Origin: Trueperaceae bacterium
GTDB lineage: Bacteria > Deinococcota > Deinococci > Deinococcales > Trueperaceae
Length of the DNA stretch: 64,000 nucleotides
Reading direction: 5' to 3'
Assembly (NCBI GenBank): GCA_965213925.1
Contig: OZ243927.1
Span: 3,170,146-3,234,145 of the forward strand
Shown here piece after piece: positions 8,051-18,246 of the stretch (position 1 is the stretch's first letter; each line of letters starts with the position of its first letter). The translations under genes and the position numbers were made by a program. Below the pieces are notes generated by a model, which was not told the DNA's origin, searched no databases, and saw only the letters and a program-made list of their open reading frames with translations.

Positions 8051-8826
8051 TCAATCATCCGTAAAGCCGATCGCCCCTAGCACCGCGCTCATCTCAGGAT
8101 TCGCCATAAACAGCTCCCAAAATAGACCGCTCTGGTAGTTTTCGATCATGACGGCTATCGGCGCTTGGTTAAGGCCCATCGTGATGTTAGGGGCGTAATT
8201 GACTGTCGGGTTGTAAGCGTCCCGAAAGCCGTAGATGTCCCACATGACCTCACCTAAATCGTAGTAGAAGTGTTTGAGGGCAGCCATCGACTCCTCGGGG
8301 GTGTAAGGAAAAGCGCTTAGAGCCGCCGTTGGTGACACCGTACCGTTGTCGTTTCTTGGAGTCGGGTCGTGCGCTAGGTAGCCGGTGTGGTCGTCGCTCG
8401 CGCTGAGACCCCAGAAGCGTTCGCTGTAGCCTTTATAGCCTCCCGGATTCGCTACGCAGTAACGGTGATTGATGAGCGACAAGACGCGGTTGTTGTGAAA
8501 GTAGTTGGTGAAGGCGTCCCGCTTATGTCTGGGGTCGAAGCCTAAAAAGGAGTAGTGAGTAAAGAAGAGGGGTCCGCCGCTGCGCCCGCCCGCGCCACCT
8601 TTCCACGTGCAGTTCGGCTTGCCAATCCCCGCCGCTCCGAGACGTCCAGGTGAGTTTGAGGCTGTTCGGCGGGCTGACGAAGTGGCGCTTCGAGACCGGC
8701 AGTTTGCCGTCTACAAGCTCGAGTCGGCTGGGCAGGGTGGCGTGACCCCGGCTGAAGGCGTAATTCGTCTCGGTCAAGCTGTGATCGAAGATCAGATGTC
8801 GGTAATACCGATAAGAGTCGGGGTCA
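8051..8826 (-). pseudogene. GH144-like (glucoamylase-family / DUF3131-type) gene remnant with frameshift and internal deletion
   Basis: The frame of ORF 8051..8482 stays open upstream and gives GGPLFFTHYSFLGFDPRHKRDAFTNYFHNN.., homologous to the PLFIYQYPLVWLELR region of the 865-aa paralog. A different frame (8523..8826) encodes a beta-sandwich-like N-terminus. About 250 aa of the catalytic domain are missing. Confidence 0.6.
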
Positions 8827-11190
8827 TCAGGACCTCGAGGGGAGCAAGATGGTAACGTTTTGTACGGTGTCGGGCGGCGCGGTGGGCAGGAGCGGCGCGG
8901 TTGCGCGCTCCCCGTCAACCCACCAGCCGGGGGTTTCGCCTTGAAGCGCACGTCTGATGTGGATGTGATAGCTGGCTCGCCGGTAACGGCGCTGCACGCG
9001 CACCTCGTTCCAGCCCTCCGGCAAGTCAGCGTCCACCCGCAACCCCCCAACGGTTGCCGAGACGCCCAGCACCCCTTCGACTAGAGCCCGTAGATACCAA
9101 GCGGCGGAGCCCGTGTACCAGGTCCAGCCGCCCCGCCCCGGCGTGTCGGAGCGCGGTCCGTCAACGTTGCCGGGCATGACGTACGGTTCAGCCGTGTAGC
9201 GTTCAGGATCGCAGCCGCGACGCGGCGGACAGAAACTTTGCCACAGTTCGTAGGCGGCGTCGGCGCCGTGGCGCTGCCGTTCCGCCAACACCGCCCAGCA
9301 CGCCGCGTGGACGTAGACGCCGCCGTTCTCCCTCGAGCCCGGTGCGTAGCGGCTCAAATACCCTATATTCGGGTCCGGTTCGGTGTAAGCAGGCTCCAAA
9401 AGCAGCGGTCCGTATTCTTGATAGAGGTGGTCCCTGGCCGAGCGCAACGCCGTTTCCGCCCGCTCCTCCGGCGCAAGCCCGCTCAGAACCGCCCAGGTTT
9501 GAGCGTTGAGAAAGATCTTGCCCTCGTCGCACGCCGCCGAGCCGAGGACCTCGCCCTCGTCCGTACTCGCCCGCCAATACCAAGCTCCGTCCCAACCGTG
9601 CTGGTTCGTTGCCGCCTGCATCTCTTGGGCAGCCTTTTCAAACTGCGTTATATTAGCTTCGTCCAAAACGTCCAACTCGCCCCACTCGCGCAAGAGGTAA
9701 AAAAGAAAGTGCGCCAGCCAGATGCTTTCGCCCCGCCCTTCGGGTCCGACCGCGTTGAGCCCGTCGTTCCAGTCGGCGGCAAGGATGAGCGGCAGCCCGC
9801 GTGCGCTGCGGCGCGCTAAGGCTAGTGTGAAGGCTTTGAGGCAGTGCTCGAGCAGCGTCCCCGCCCCTTCGTCATAGTACGGCATAACCTCTTCCAGACA
9901 AGCCTTATCGTCCGTTTCGCGCAGGTACGCCAGCACCACGAAAGGGAGCCAGAGGAGGTCGTCGCTGTAGTCCGAGGTGAGCCCCGTCCCCGCCAGCGGA
10001 TGCCACCAGTGCAGCACTCGCCCCTCCTGTAACTGGTGGGCGGCGTGGAGACGAATTTGCTCGAGCGTCTGCTCCGGTTTTCCAAGCAGCGGCCATACCA
10101 AGCTGTCCTGAAGCTGATCGCGAAAACCGAATGCGCCGCCCGTTTGGTAGTAGGCGCTGCGCCCCCAGAGCCGCCCCGCAACCGCCTGATACGCCAGCCA
10201 GCCGTTCGCCAAGAGGTCGGCGGCTGGGTCGGGCGTCTTTATGTGGAGACCCCCGAGGAGGGTGTACCAGTATTCCCGAACCTCTTCTAGTGCCTGGGCG
10301 ACGACGTTCGTATCTTTGTAGCGTTCGGCTAGCTCGAGAGCCTGCGCCTGCGTATCAGCTGCGCCGAGCGTGAACGCGAGGTCTTCGCTCTCGCCGGGGA
10401 GAAGCTCTAAGTCAACGCACAAACTCCCCACAGCGTCAGCGAAACGACCGACCGTGTTGCTGAGGTTGCCATGCTGCACGGCGTAAGGGTGAGCCAGCGT
10501 GCCGTTGCGTCCCAGAAAGCGCCCCTTATCGCTCTCAAAGGCTACGGGTACACGCGAAGCGCTGTGAAACCCCACGTAGGACCAGGGAGTGTTCCAATGC
10601 GTACCGGGCAGCTCCCACAAGTTTTTGGTTGCCAGCAGCGTAGCTCTCGCCTCGTCGTAGTCGGTGCGGATGAAAAGTTTGTGGAACTCGCGGTGCGAAT
10701 CGGGGGCGGCTCCGAGCCCCCACTCGAAATAGCTGAAGAGGCGCAGGCGCTTGGGTTCGCTACTCTCATTCGTCAGTTTGAGCCACCACAGTTCGCACGG
10801 GTCGCCCTTCGGTACAAAATAGGTAACCTCACTCCTCAGCGCGTCGTGACTGTTTTCGATGACCGAATAGCCCCAGCCATGCCGGACACGGTATTCACCA
10901 CACTTTTTGCAGGGCTGATAGGCGAGTGACCACACCTCGCCCGTGTCCCTATCTTTGGCGTAAAGGTACTTGCCCCAATCGTCACGGACGAGGTCTTGCT
11001 GCCAGCGCGTGAGGCGGTTGAGGTCCGCGTGGGTGCGCCAACTGTAGCCGCTCCCTGCTTGCGAGAGGGTGAAGCCGTAGTCGCCGTTGGAAAGCACGTT
11101 GATCCAGGGGGCAGGCGTATGAGGATTCGTGATGACGTACTCCTTGCCGTCATCGCTAAAGAAGCCGTAGGGGGTTTCAAACGATGCCAT
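8827..11190 (-). CDS. GH94 family glycoside phosphorylase (cellobiose / beta-glucooligosaccharide phosphorylase-like)
   Basis: 787 aa. The N-terminus YGFFSDDGKEYVITNPHTPAPWINVL, plus GFRDQLQD, LILAADWNDGLN and YAPGSRENGGVYVHA, match the GH94 catalytic architecture. Confidence 0.85.
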   Translation of the reverse strand: MASFETPYGFFSDDGKEYVITNPHTPAPWINVLSNGDYGFTLSQAGSGYSWRTHADLNRLTRWQQDLVRDDWGKYLYAKDRDTGEVWSLAYQPCKKCGEYRVRHGWGYSVIENSHDALRSEVTYFVPKGDPCELWWLKLTNESSEPKRLRLFSYFEWGLGAAPDSHREFHKLFIRTDYDEARATLLATKNLWELPGTHWNTPWSYVGFHSASRVPVAFESDKGRFLGRNGTLAHPYAVQHGNLSNTVGRFADAVGSLCVDLELLPGESEDLAFTLGAADTQAQALELAERYKDTNVVAQALEEVREYWYTLLGGLHIKTPDPAADLLANGWLAYQAVAGRLWGRSAYYQTGGAFGFRDQLQDSLVWPLLGKPEQTLEQIRLHAAHQLQEGRVLHWWHPLAGTGLTSDYSDDLLWLPFVVLAYLRETDDKACLEEVMPYYDEGAGTLLEHCLKAFTLALARRSARGLPLILAADWNDGLNAVGPEGRGESIWLAHFLFYLLREWGELDVLDEANITQFEKAAQEMQAATNQHGWDGAWYWRASTDEGEVLGSAACDEGKIFLNAQTWAVLSGLAPEERAETALRSARDHLYQEYGPLLLEPAYTEPDPNIGYLSRYAPGSRENGGVYVHAACWAVLAERQRHGADAAYELWQSFCPPRRGCDPERYTAEPYVMPGNVDGPRSDTPGRGGWTWYTGSAAWYLRALVEGVLGVSATVGGLRVDADLPEGWNEVRVQRRYRRASYHIHIRRALQGETPGWWVDGERATAPLLPTAPPDTVQNVTILLPSRS

Positions 11191-11551
11191 AGGGTCTCCT
11201 GTACTGGGCGGGGACGCCTCGGCAGCGTCCTCTCTGTAAAAGTTGATAGGTCAGTTGATAAGGTCGCAAACGTTGTTCTTATGCTCTGCCTTTGCAGTCA
11301 TCACGAATATGAAGCCTGACGTGAGTCTCAACCGACGGCTAACGGGATTTCATCCTTGTGAGGTGTATGCCGACTACGAAGCACTTGATGACGTGATAGT
11401 TCACCTCGCCAAATTAGCTCAACCCAGATGCCGCCTGCTATATTCGGAGTTCGCAAAAAAGCATCTGGGTCAGACTGTTAGGTTTTAGCTAAGCTCCTCG
11501 AGCTAAGAACTGACGCTCACAGCGAAGGTACGAGGCTTCGCAAGTTGTGGG

Positions 11552-14149
11552 CTACTGAAGTGTCAGTGTACTCCAGGCGTCCGGTCTGACCCACACGTCC
11601 GGTACCGGGTTCCAGCCGATGATGTTCTCCCGGATGTAAGCGCCCACCGCCGCGTCTGTCTGGTTGCTGTTGTAGACGACGTGCGAAAAGCCGAGTTCCG
11701 TGTCCTCTGCGCCGGGAACCTCTAGCAGCTCGAGCGGCACCGACAGCTCAACGATGTACCCCGTATCTGTGCGGCTCGAGGCGACCTGCGCGCCGGGCGC
11801 ACTCGTCGCAATCGGTCCGGGATTGGCGTCCTGGTGTCGGATAGCTTGCACCTGTCCGTCCGTGTCGAAGGGGATCACCGCGAGCTTCAGCAAGCCCGCG
11901 CTCGAGCCAGCCTCTCTCGGGTCGAGATAGAACTCAACAGAATCGGTGCGGTAGAAGTTGACGAGGTCGTCCGGCGCGATGTTACTGACTACCACGTCGT
12001 CGGTCACGTCAGCAGCTAGGTACAAGGTCGTGGCGTCCCAGTAAAGCGCGAAGGTGCTGTTCAGGTTGGTGTCCGAACCGACCGGGGCGACGCTGTCATT
12101 AGAGACGTTCATCGTTTTGTCGACGGTGTACCACGTTGCCCCTGTCCAGTCGTCCAAGTTGCCGTCGACGGTGATGGCGCTCGTGGTTTGCGGTGCGCTG
12201 AGCGGCTCTTTGAGCCCTTCTTGCTGCGCCAGCCAATCGGCTAAGTAGGCGGGCGTGACGGCGTAGTCGGCTTCCTTGCTGACGAAACCGACCGCCTGCA
12301 ACGCCCTTTGCACGTTGGCGTTTTGCATGAAAAGCTGCTGGGGCAGACCGTTGCGCACGTTTTCGATCATCAGCAAGAGGTCGCCCTGGTCGATGCCGAT
12401 GTGGTCGGTGGAATACCAGTTGCGCTCGGCGTTGATGGCGCTCACGAAGCCGTAGTCGCGCCACACCAACGAGCCGTAGCTCTCTAACATGCCGCGCACA
12501 CCTTGAAGTGCCAACTCAGGGGTAAAGGGGTAGCAGGCGGCTGAAGCGTAGGGGGCGATGGTGCCGTCGTGGTTCCCTTCAGCCGCGCCGTAGGCTCTGT
12601 AGCCGTCGGGACCGTCCGAGGCGCTCAAGCCCCAAACGCCGTTCTGGTAGGTCTCGTATGCGTCCTGGCGCTCGGCGCTAAACTGGGCGTTGCGTTCGCA
12701 GGCGAGCGCCGCGTTGTTGACGTAGTTGGCATAGGCGTCTTCTTGGTTGCGAAGCTCGAGCCAAACCAGCGGATACTGGTAGATAAAGAGCGGTTCGGAC
12801 GGGAGATGGATATAAGCGCTCGCCTCCTCGGGCGTGACGACGGGGCGGTAGATGGCGTCCCACACGCTCGCCGGAAGTGGGTACGTCGGCGAGCCGATAG
12901 CCAAGATGTAGAGGATAGGGCTTTCGTCGAACGTACTCCAACGCGATTCTATAAAGCCCTCCTCGGGCGTCCAGCCCAGCGACAGCGTCTCGCCGCCGTT
13001 GGTCATCCACTGCCAGTCAACCGCTTCGTAAAGACGCTGCGCCAGCGCACTCACTTCGGTGTTCGGGAAGTACTCACCCACGCTCACCACGCCCGCCATG
13101 AGGAGCGCGGTGTCGATGGAGGAAAGCTCGCTCTCCCCGGCGCGTTGCCCGGTCGCCATCTCCACGAAATGATAGAAAAAGCCGTTCCTACCCGCGACGC
13201 CACCACTGTCGAACGTTTGCAGGGTGGTTAGGACGCGGTCATAACCCTCATCGCGACCTATCCAACCCTCTTCGATGGCGGCGGGCAGGGCGCTCAGCCC
13301 GAAGCCGACGGCGGCGATGCTGGCGGCTGAGTCGTCCGTGCTGCGGTCTTTGATAAGACCGGTGTCGGGGTTGGTTTCCTGCCAGAAGTAGTCGAAGGTC
13401 TCCCGCGCGACGCGCTCCATGAGGGCGGCATCGTCCAGTTCAAGTAACGCCTTCGCTTCGGCGTCGTAGGTGGGGTCGCGCTCCGCGCCCGGTGCGGGTT
13501 CGCTCTCGGCGAGATAAGCCCTGCCGAGGTAAAAAGGTTCGGTGAGCGCAACTTTAGCGTCGTCCGCGTCTGACGCGAAAAAAGAGAGGAAGAGGGTGTA
13601 GTCCCGCTCCTTTTGAGGCTCACGTAGCGCGTCAGGGAGCGTGTACACCACGCGGTTCCAGCCCGCTTGGACGCTGCTGTCACTCAGCAGACCGTCCAGC
13701 CACATAAACCCATCCGTCGTGTCCGCCATCCCTAAAAAGAAATCGCTCGGGTTGAGCGTGTTCTCAGGGGGCAAGTAGACCTCGAGTTCAAGCTGGTCGT
13801 ACTTCTGCCAAGCCTCGAGGTCGTCACCCGAGACGCTCAAGGTGACTTTGGTCTCGGGGGCACTGCCACTCGGGGTGACCTCGAGGCTAGCCTGACCTTC
13901 AGGCGTGAGCGGATCATCGCTCTCGGCGAAGGTTGCGCCGGTGTTGTCGTTTCCCAAAGCGCTGACCTCTTTTTTCTCCCAGGCTTTCCAGGTGACATCC
14001 TTGTCCTTTTGAAGCGGGTCTTCTACGTCTCCCTGATTCACTGCGCAGGCTTGAACCCCTAAGAGCAGCACGGCGCAGACCAGCCAGGTGAAGCGCCAAG
14101 AGGCGACAAATTTGTATGTGGTGTGCAGGACGTGAACGGTCGTTTTCAT
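11552..14149 (-). CDS. GH144-like (endo-beta-1,2-glucanase / glucoamylase family) lipoprotein with C-terminal CBM9-like domain
   Basis: Lipoprotein signal ..LLLGVQAC. Core motifs FDYFWQETNPDTGLIKDR, SSIDTALLMAG, LAIGSPTYP and VWGLSASDGPDGY. C-terminal ITVDGNLDDW..LYWDATTLYLAADVTDD..DSVEFYLDP. Confidence 0.8.
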   Translation of the reverse strand: MKTTVHVLHTTYKFVASWRFTWLVCAVLLLGVQACAVNQGDVEDPLQKDKDVTWKAWEKKEVSALGNDNTGATFAESDDPLTPEGQASLEVTPSGSAPETKVTLSVSGDDLEAWQKYDQLELEVYLPPENTLNPSDFFLGMADTTDGFMWLDGLLSDSSVQAGWNRVVYTLPDALREPQKERDYTLFLSFFASDADDAKVALTEPFYLGRAYLAESEPAPGAERDPTYDAEAKALLELDDAALMERVARETFDYFWQETNPDTGLIKDRSTDDSAASIAAVGFGLSALPAAIEEGWIGRDEGYDRVLTTLQTFDSGGVAGRNGFFYHFVEMATGQRAGESELSSIDTALLMAGVVSVGEYFPNTEVSALAQRLYEAVDWQWMTNGGETLSLGWTPEEGFIESRWSTFDESPILYILAIGSPTYPLPASVWDAIYRPVVTPEEASAYIHLPSEPLFIYQYPLVWLELRNQEDAYANYVNNAALACERNAQFSAERQDAYETYQNGVWGLSASDGPDGYRAYGAAEGNHDGTIAPYASAACYPFTPELALQGVRGMLESYGSLVWRDYGFVSAINAERNWYSTDHIGIDQGDLLLMIENVRNGLPQQLFMQNANVQRALQAVGFVSKEADYAVTPAYLADWLAQQEGLKEPLSAPQTTSAITVDGNLDDWTGATWYTVDKTMNVSNDSVAPVGSDTNLNSTFALYWDATTLYLAADVTDDVVVSNIAPDDLVNFYRTDSVEFYLDPREAGSSAGLLKLAVIPFDTDGQVQAIRHQDANPGPIATSAPGAQVASSRTDTGYIVELSVPLELLEVPGAEDTELGFSHVVYNSNQTDAAVGAYIRENIIGWNPVPDVWVRPDAWSTLTLQ

Positions 14150-14281
14150 AGTTCAACCTCACCTCTTAGTGATGATGAGTAGGGAGCATCGCAGATGGTT
14201 TCTTGCCTGGCGTAGCGGAGATAGAACGGTGCACTCAGTGCTCGGGAGCAGCGCGCTCAACGGGATTGTCCGTGTTGCTTA

Positions 14282-14884
14282 TTATTGATCTCCTTGCCCG
14301 AGCCGGCTCAAGCGTTCTTTGGCTCGCTCGATAAGCTCGGGTTGATTGGGGAAGAGGTCGGGGATGGACTCGTAAATCTCTCGAGCGTCGCGTGGGTCCT
14401 CCTGCTCGTAAAGCTCGCCCGTGCGGAGGTAGACCGCGCCCAGGTAAGGGTTGGCTCTGCCGGTGTTAGCCTGAATAAAGCCTTCGGCATCTGAGAGCGT
14501 AAAGTGTTGGTTGATAATCTCGTCGATGCGCTGCTCGGCGCTCTCTACTGTCGGGGGGATGGGCCAGGCGTAGTCGTTACTCCAAATGTTCACGACTTGA
14601 GCGTAACCGCCTTGAAAGACGTAGCTGCCCGTAGCCTCGTCATAGGCGTCGTAGCCGCTCAGGGCGTCTATGAAGTCACCTTTTTCAAAGCTCGCCTGGG
14701 CGTTTTGCATAAACGTTTCCGACAGGGTGTAGGCACGTCGCCAAGCAAAGGCGTAGGTCGCGGCAAAGAGCAAGAGGATAGCGGCGATGATGAGGGGCGC
14801 GCGCAGCCATGACAGCTTAGAGCCTGTCTCTGCTGACGACTGAGCGGGCGCTTCTTCGGTGGATTGCGCGGTCATATCGGACAT
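14282..14884 (-). CDS. single-pass membrane protein of unknown function (TPR-like ectodomain)
   Basis: 200 aa with one TM helix (LRAPLIIAAILLLFAATYAFAW). Lies between the ABC permease and the GH144 gene in the same orientation. Confidence 0.6.
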   Translation of the reverse strand: MSDMTAQSTEEAPAQSSAETGSKLSWLRAPLIIAAILLLFAATYAFAWRRAYTLSETFMQNAQASFEKGDFIDALSGYDAYDEATGSYVFQGGYAQVVNIWSNDYAWPIPPTVESAEQRIDEIINQHFTLSDAEGFIQANTGRANPYLGAVYLRTGELYEQEDPRDAREIYESIPDLFPNQPELIERAKERLSRLGQGDQ

Positions 14885-14906
14885 AGGAATTTCCCTTGAA
14901 AGTGGC

Positions 14907-15728
14907 TCATTTTAAGGAGACATTCGCAAACGCTTGCATGAACTGGTCTTGCAAGAAGAAGTAGACGACAATCAAAGGCAGGGTAATAAGGGTGGTCGCC
15001 GCCCAAATCTGCTGGGCGTTCTCCCCCGGCACCGACGACTGAAACTGCTGCAAGCCGAGCTGCACCGTCCAGACTTCGGGCTTGTTGAGGTAGAGTAAAG
15101 GACCCAGAAAGTCGTTCCAGGAACCGATAAAGGTCAAAATGGCGACGGTCGCCAGAGCCGGACGTGAGATAGGCATCATGATGCGCAAGAAGATGCCGAG
15201 TTCGCTGGCTCCGTCTAGGCGGGCAGCCTCGAGCAGTTCATCGGGCACTGACACCATAAACTGACGGATGAGGAAGATGTTGTAAATCGTGATCGCGCCG
15301 GGGATAATCAGTGAGTAGAAGTGACCGACCCAGCCCAGGTTGTAGATAAGCACGTAGGTAGGGATGAGCAGGAGGACCCCCGGAATCATCATCGTGGCGA
15401 GCATAAAGGCGAAGAGCCCATCACGTCCGGGAAAGGGAATTTTGGCGACCGCATAGGCAGCCAGGGCACTCAAGAAAGTATTGAGAATCGTAATCGAGCC
15501 CGAGACGATGATGGAGTTGCGAAAGAGCCGAAGCATGTGGAGTTGTCCAAACACGTCTACGTACCCCGAAAAGGTCACCTGGCTGGGTAGGCTATTGGGT
15601 GAATTCAGAATCTCTGGACCTGGTTTGACGGAGTTCATCACCATGTAGAAAAAGGGGTAAGCGACGAACACCGCGCCGAAAACGAGCAACCCATAAATGA
15701 GCACTTGTGACCCAGACACCCCTTTCAT
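14907..15728 (-). CDS. carbohydrate ABC transporter permease (CUT1, MalG-like)
   Basis: 273 aa, 6 TM segments, EAA-loop motif EAARLDGASELGIFLRIMMP. Confidence 0.9.
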   Translation of the reverse strand: MKGVSGSQVLIYGLLVFGAVFVAYPFFYMVMNSVKPGPEILNSPNSLPSQVTFSGYVDVFGQLHMLRLFRNSIIVSGSITILNTFLSALAAYAVAKIPFPGRDGLFAFMLATMMIPGVLLLIPTYVLIYNLGWVGHFYSLIIPGAITIYNIFLIRQFMVSVPDELLEAARLDGASELGIFLRIMMPISRPALATVAILTFIGSWNDFLGPLLYLNKPEVWTVQLGLQQFQSSVPGENAQQIWAATTLITLPLIVVYFFLQDQFMQAFANVSLK

Positions 15729-16666
15729 CAGGTCACGTCCCGCTGCACGTACTTGAACTGCAACCAGGTCACGAGCGCGATAATACCGGCTAGCAGCAGC
15801 CCTAGCGCCGAGGCGTAGCCGATGTTCGAGCGATCAAAGGCTTGCGCGTAGATGTGGAGGACGGGGGTGAGTGCCTGATGCTGATCGCCACCGTCGAGCC
15901 CCATGAGCACGTACACTTCGGTGAACATCTGCAACCCGTTGATGACGTCGATGATCAGGAGAAAGAAAATCTGCGGCTGGAGCTGAGGCCAGGTGATATA
16001 GAGGAACTTCTGCCAAGCTCCTGCGCCGTCGATAGCGGCGGCGTCGTAGAGCTGCTTGTCAACGCCGTAGAGCCCGGCGAGCAAAATGATGGTGCTGATC
16101 CCGAACCACTTCCAGGTGTTGATTAGCGCGATAATCGGCATCGGCAGCCAGCGGGTGAACTGCCAGTAGACGGGTGTATCCAGGGCACCCTGCCCGACCA
16201 GAAAGTCTTGTACCGGTCCAGTCGGGCTTACGAGGTAACCGCCGATGGTCATGAGGACGACAACCGAGGTCAACACAGGCATAAAGTAGATGGTGCGAAA
16301 GATGTGCCCCATAAAGTGCGCCCGCTGAAGCAGGAGCGCTGTTCCCAAACCCAAGCCGTTTTTAAGCACGATAAAGACGACCTGGTTATAGATAATGTTC
16401 CACAACGCGAGCCAGAAGAGCGGATCCGTGATACCTCTGATCCAGTTGCCGACGCCTACGAAGGTGAGGCGTTCGGGGTTGGTGAAGGTGTAGTCGAAAA
16501 AGGTGAGGTAAAAAGACAGCGCCAGCGGATAGAGGCTAAAGACCAGAAACAAGGCGATCCAGGGGGCGACGAAGAGGTAGCCCCACTTGTACCTGAGCAT
16601 ACGCTGCCACACTTTTTTGGGTTGACGCTGCTTCTGTCCAGCAAGCGTTGCGGTTGCTTGTGCCAC
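15728..16666 (-). CDS. carbohydrate ABC transporter permease (CUT1, MalF-like)
   Basis: 312 aa with motif DAAAIDGAGAWQKFLYITWP. The stop/start overlaps the downstream permease gene. Confidence 0.9.
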   Translation of the reverse strand: MAQATATLAGQKQRQPKKVWQRMLRYKWGYLFVAPWIALFLVFSLYPLALSFYLTFFDYTFTNPERLTFVGVGNWIRGITDPLFWLALWNIIYNQVVFIVLKNGLGLGTALLLQRAHFMGHIFRTIYFMPVLTSVVVLMTIGGYLVSPTGPVQDFLVGQGALDTPVYWQFTRWLPMPIIALINTWKWFGISTIILLAGLYGVDKQLYDAAAIDGAGAWQKFLYITWPQLQPQIFFLLIIDVINGLQMFTEVYVLMGLDGGDQHQALTPVLHIYAQAFDRSNIGYASALGLLLAGIIALVTWLQFKYVQRDVT

Positions 16667-16807
16667 GACTTTCCCTCGTTTCTAATACCAGTTCGCATTT
16701 TGACATTTGAAAAGTCGCTCTATGAGCGTAAACTCTGATGCTCTAAACTGCGACATTCGCTGGCTGAATCAGTATTAAAGGGTCGCTTAGCCCCAGCGAC
16801 CCACAAG

Positions 16808-18109
16808 CTAACGCGCCTGCAGCGCTTCCTGGGCCGCTTGTGCGGCTGTCTCAACACCTTGTTCGGGCGTGACCCTATCTTCAACCGCCACCTGTTGGTA
16901 AACTCCCTGAACGGCAACCGCTACGGCCTCGGCACTCGAGGTCATCTGCGGCAAGACGGCATTTTGGAGTGCTTGCACAAAGGGTTGCCGCGCCGGGTCT
17001 TGGAAGTAAGGGTCGTCCTGAAGGCTTTTGAGAACGGGTAAGTAGCCGAGTTCCGTGATAAAGCTCTTGTTATTCTCTTGCCCCATCAAGAATTTGGTAA
17101 ATTCCCAGGCAAGGGTCTGTCTCTCGGGGTTAGTTTTGAGGATGACGAGGGCGCGCCCTCCATAGGTCGTGTAGGCGGTGTCGCCTTCGTTGGGTACGGG
17201 CACGGGCGCGACGCCCACATCCTCGCCGATCACCATCGGCTGACCGGCAGCCTCTCCGAGGTTAGGCTCCCACGAGTAGCCGTACTGAGGCCACATACCG
17301 ATCTGGCGGCTAAAGAAATTGGTTTCCATCGTCGGCGGGGCGTACGCTTGCGCTTCCTGGTTGAAGGCGAAAAACTCGCTCATCTTGCATTCGGGTTTGT
17401 CGAACTCGATGCCGGTTCCGAGTCGGTTAAGCAGCTCACATGAGTCCTGGTTGGCGTTGAGGTACATAGGCTGTAACATGTTCCAGTACCAACCGCCCCA
17501 CGCTAGAGCTTCGTTATAGAAAACCGTGCCGTAGACCTTTCGGTTGCCTGAACGTGCAGGCAGCGCCTGAACCGCTTCGGCGGCGTCTAAAAACGCTTGC
17601 CAGGTCGTGGGAGGTTGGTTGGGGTCGAGACCCGCCTCCTCTAAAAGCTCCTTGTTGTAGATCATCATGGTCACGTCAGCCCCGATAGGGATATAGTAAG
17701 TGTGACCGTAAAGGGGTTCGATCGCGTTGGAAACGACTTGATCGAGCAGCTCTTGCGCGCCTGGCAGCTCTTCTAAGGGCAGCACTACGTCTTGCGAAGC
17801 CAACCGGCCGATAGTGCTCCCTAGTGAGGTGATGAGCAGATCAGGCTGGTTACCCGCAGCGATGAGCGCTTCGAACGCGCCCCCCTCCGGCTCGGTTACG
17901 AAGTTGACGTTCACGTTCGGGTGCGCCTCCGTAAACGCCTGGGCGAGGGGCTGAACGGTGCCGCGCATCGCGCCCTCAATAACAGAGACGCTCAGCGTCC
18001 CTGAGAGGTCGTCTTGCGCGTGCGCCGTCCCTACACCTACCCAAACACCGATTAAAAGCGCACTGATAGCCAAGCTTTGAGCGAGCGATGTTCTCATTTT
18101 TCCAGTCAT
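16808..18109 (-). CDS. extracellular solute-binding protein (sugar ABC, family 1)
   Basis: 433 aa, with a signal peptide ending in AHAQDD. Typical CUT1 SBP layout. Confidence 0.9.
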   Translation of the reverse strand: MTGKMRTSLAQSLAISALLIGVWVGVGTAHAQDDLSGTLSVSVIEGAMRGTVQPLAQAFTEAHPNVNVNFVTEPEGGAFEALIAAGNQPDLLITSLGSTIGRLASQDVVLPLEELPGAQELLDQVVSNAIEPLYGHTYYIPIGADVTMMIYNKELLEEAGLDPNQPPTTWQAFLDAAEAVQALPARSGNRKVYGTVFYNEALAWGGWYWNMLQPMYLNANQDSCELLNRLGTGIEFDKPECKMSEFFAFNQEAQAYAPPTMETNFFSRQIGMWPQYGYSWEPNLGEAAGQPMVIGEDVGVAPVPVPNEGDTAYTTYGGRALVILKTNPERQTLAWEFTKFLMGQENNKSFITELGYLPVLKSLQDDPYFQDPARQPFVQALQNAVLPQMTSSAEAVAVAVQGVYQQVAVEDRVTPEQGVETAAQAAQEALQAR

Positions 18110-18246
18110 ATTCTTCTCCTAGCCTTTAGCGTTGGGGTCTTTAGCGTTAGACGCTTCAGCACTTAACAAGATGTGAAACCGACGTACGATTTTTTGAACG
18201 GTCACCTCTGCCCAAGGGGTCCTCCTTTCTGAAGCGGGTCAAGGCT

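Noticed and set aside
8523-9050. 175-aa ORF overlapping the 3' end of the GH94 gene.
   Set aside because: The part from 8827 to 9050 is an alternative frame of the GH94 CDS. Only 8523..8826 is retained, as the N-terminal piece of the GH144-like pseudogene.
11243-11488. 81-aa plus-strand ORF in the 360-bp low-GC spacer between the GH94 and GH144 genes.
   Set aside because: It has no RBS, no recognisable motif, and runs opposite to the operon. The spacer more likely holds the GH94 promoter and a 9-bp-stem hairpin (CCCAGATGC..GCATCTGGG).
12569-13231. Long antisense or alternative-frame ORFs inside high-GC genes. These include 12569..13231, 37929..38561, 42011..42610, 47637..48293, 57217..57870, 57389..58147, 24192..24668, 1624..2157, 10471..10929 and 33127..33735.
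   Set aside because: Their compositions are Arg/Ala/Gly/Pro-rich, as is typical of non-coding frames in GC-rich DNA. Each is fully contained in a well-supported gene with recognisable domains.
14385-14410. Possible additional X-family fragment (GTCGCGTGGGTCCTCC) inside CDS 14282..14884.
   Set aside because: Only about 12 nt are similar, it lies in frame within an uninterrupted coding region, and the hairpin parts of the element are absent.
18110-18246. Second LacI operator upstream of the sugar-binding protein gene. It contains the direct repeat CTTTAGCGTT twice and AGCGTtagACGCT.
   Set aside because: It has no convincing similarity to the 22-bp palindrome at 19298..19319, and the short palindrome is only 5 bp per arm.
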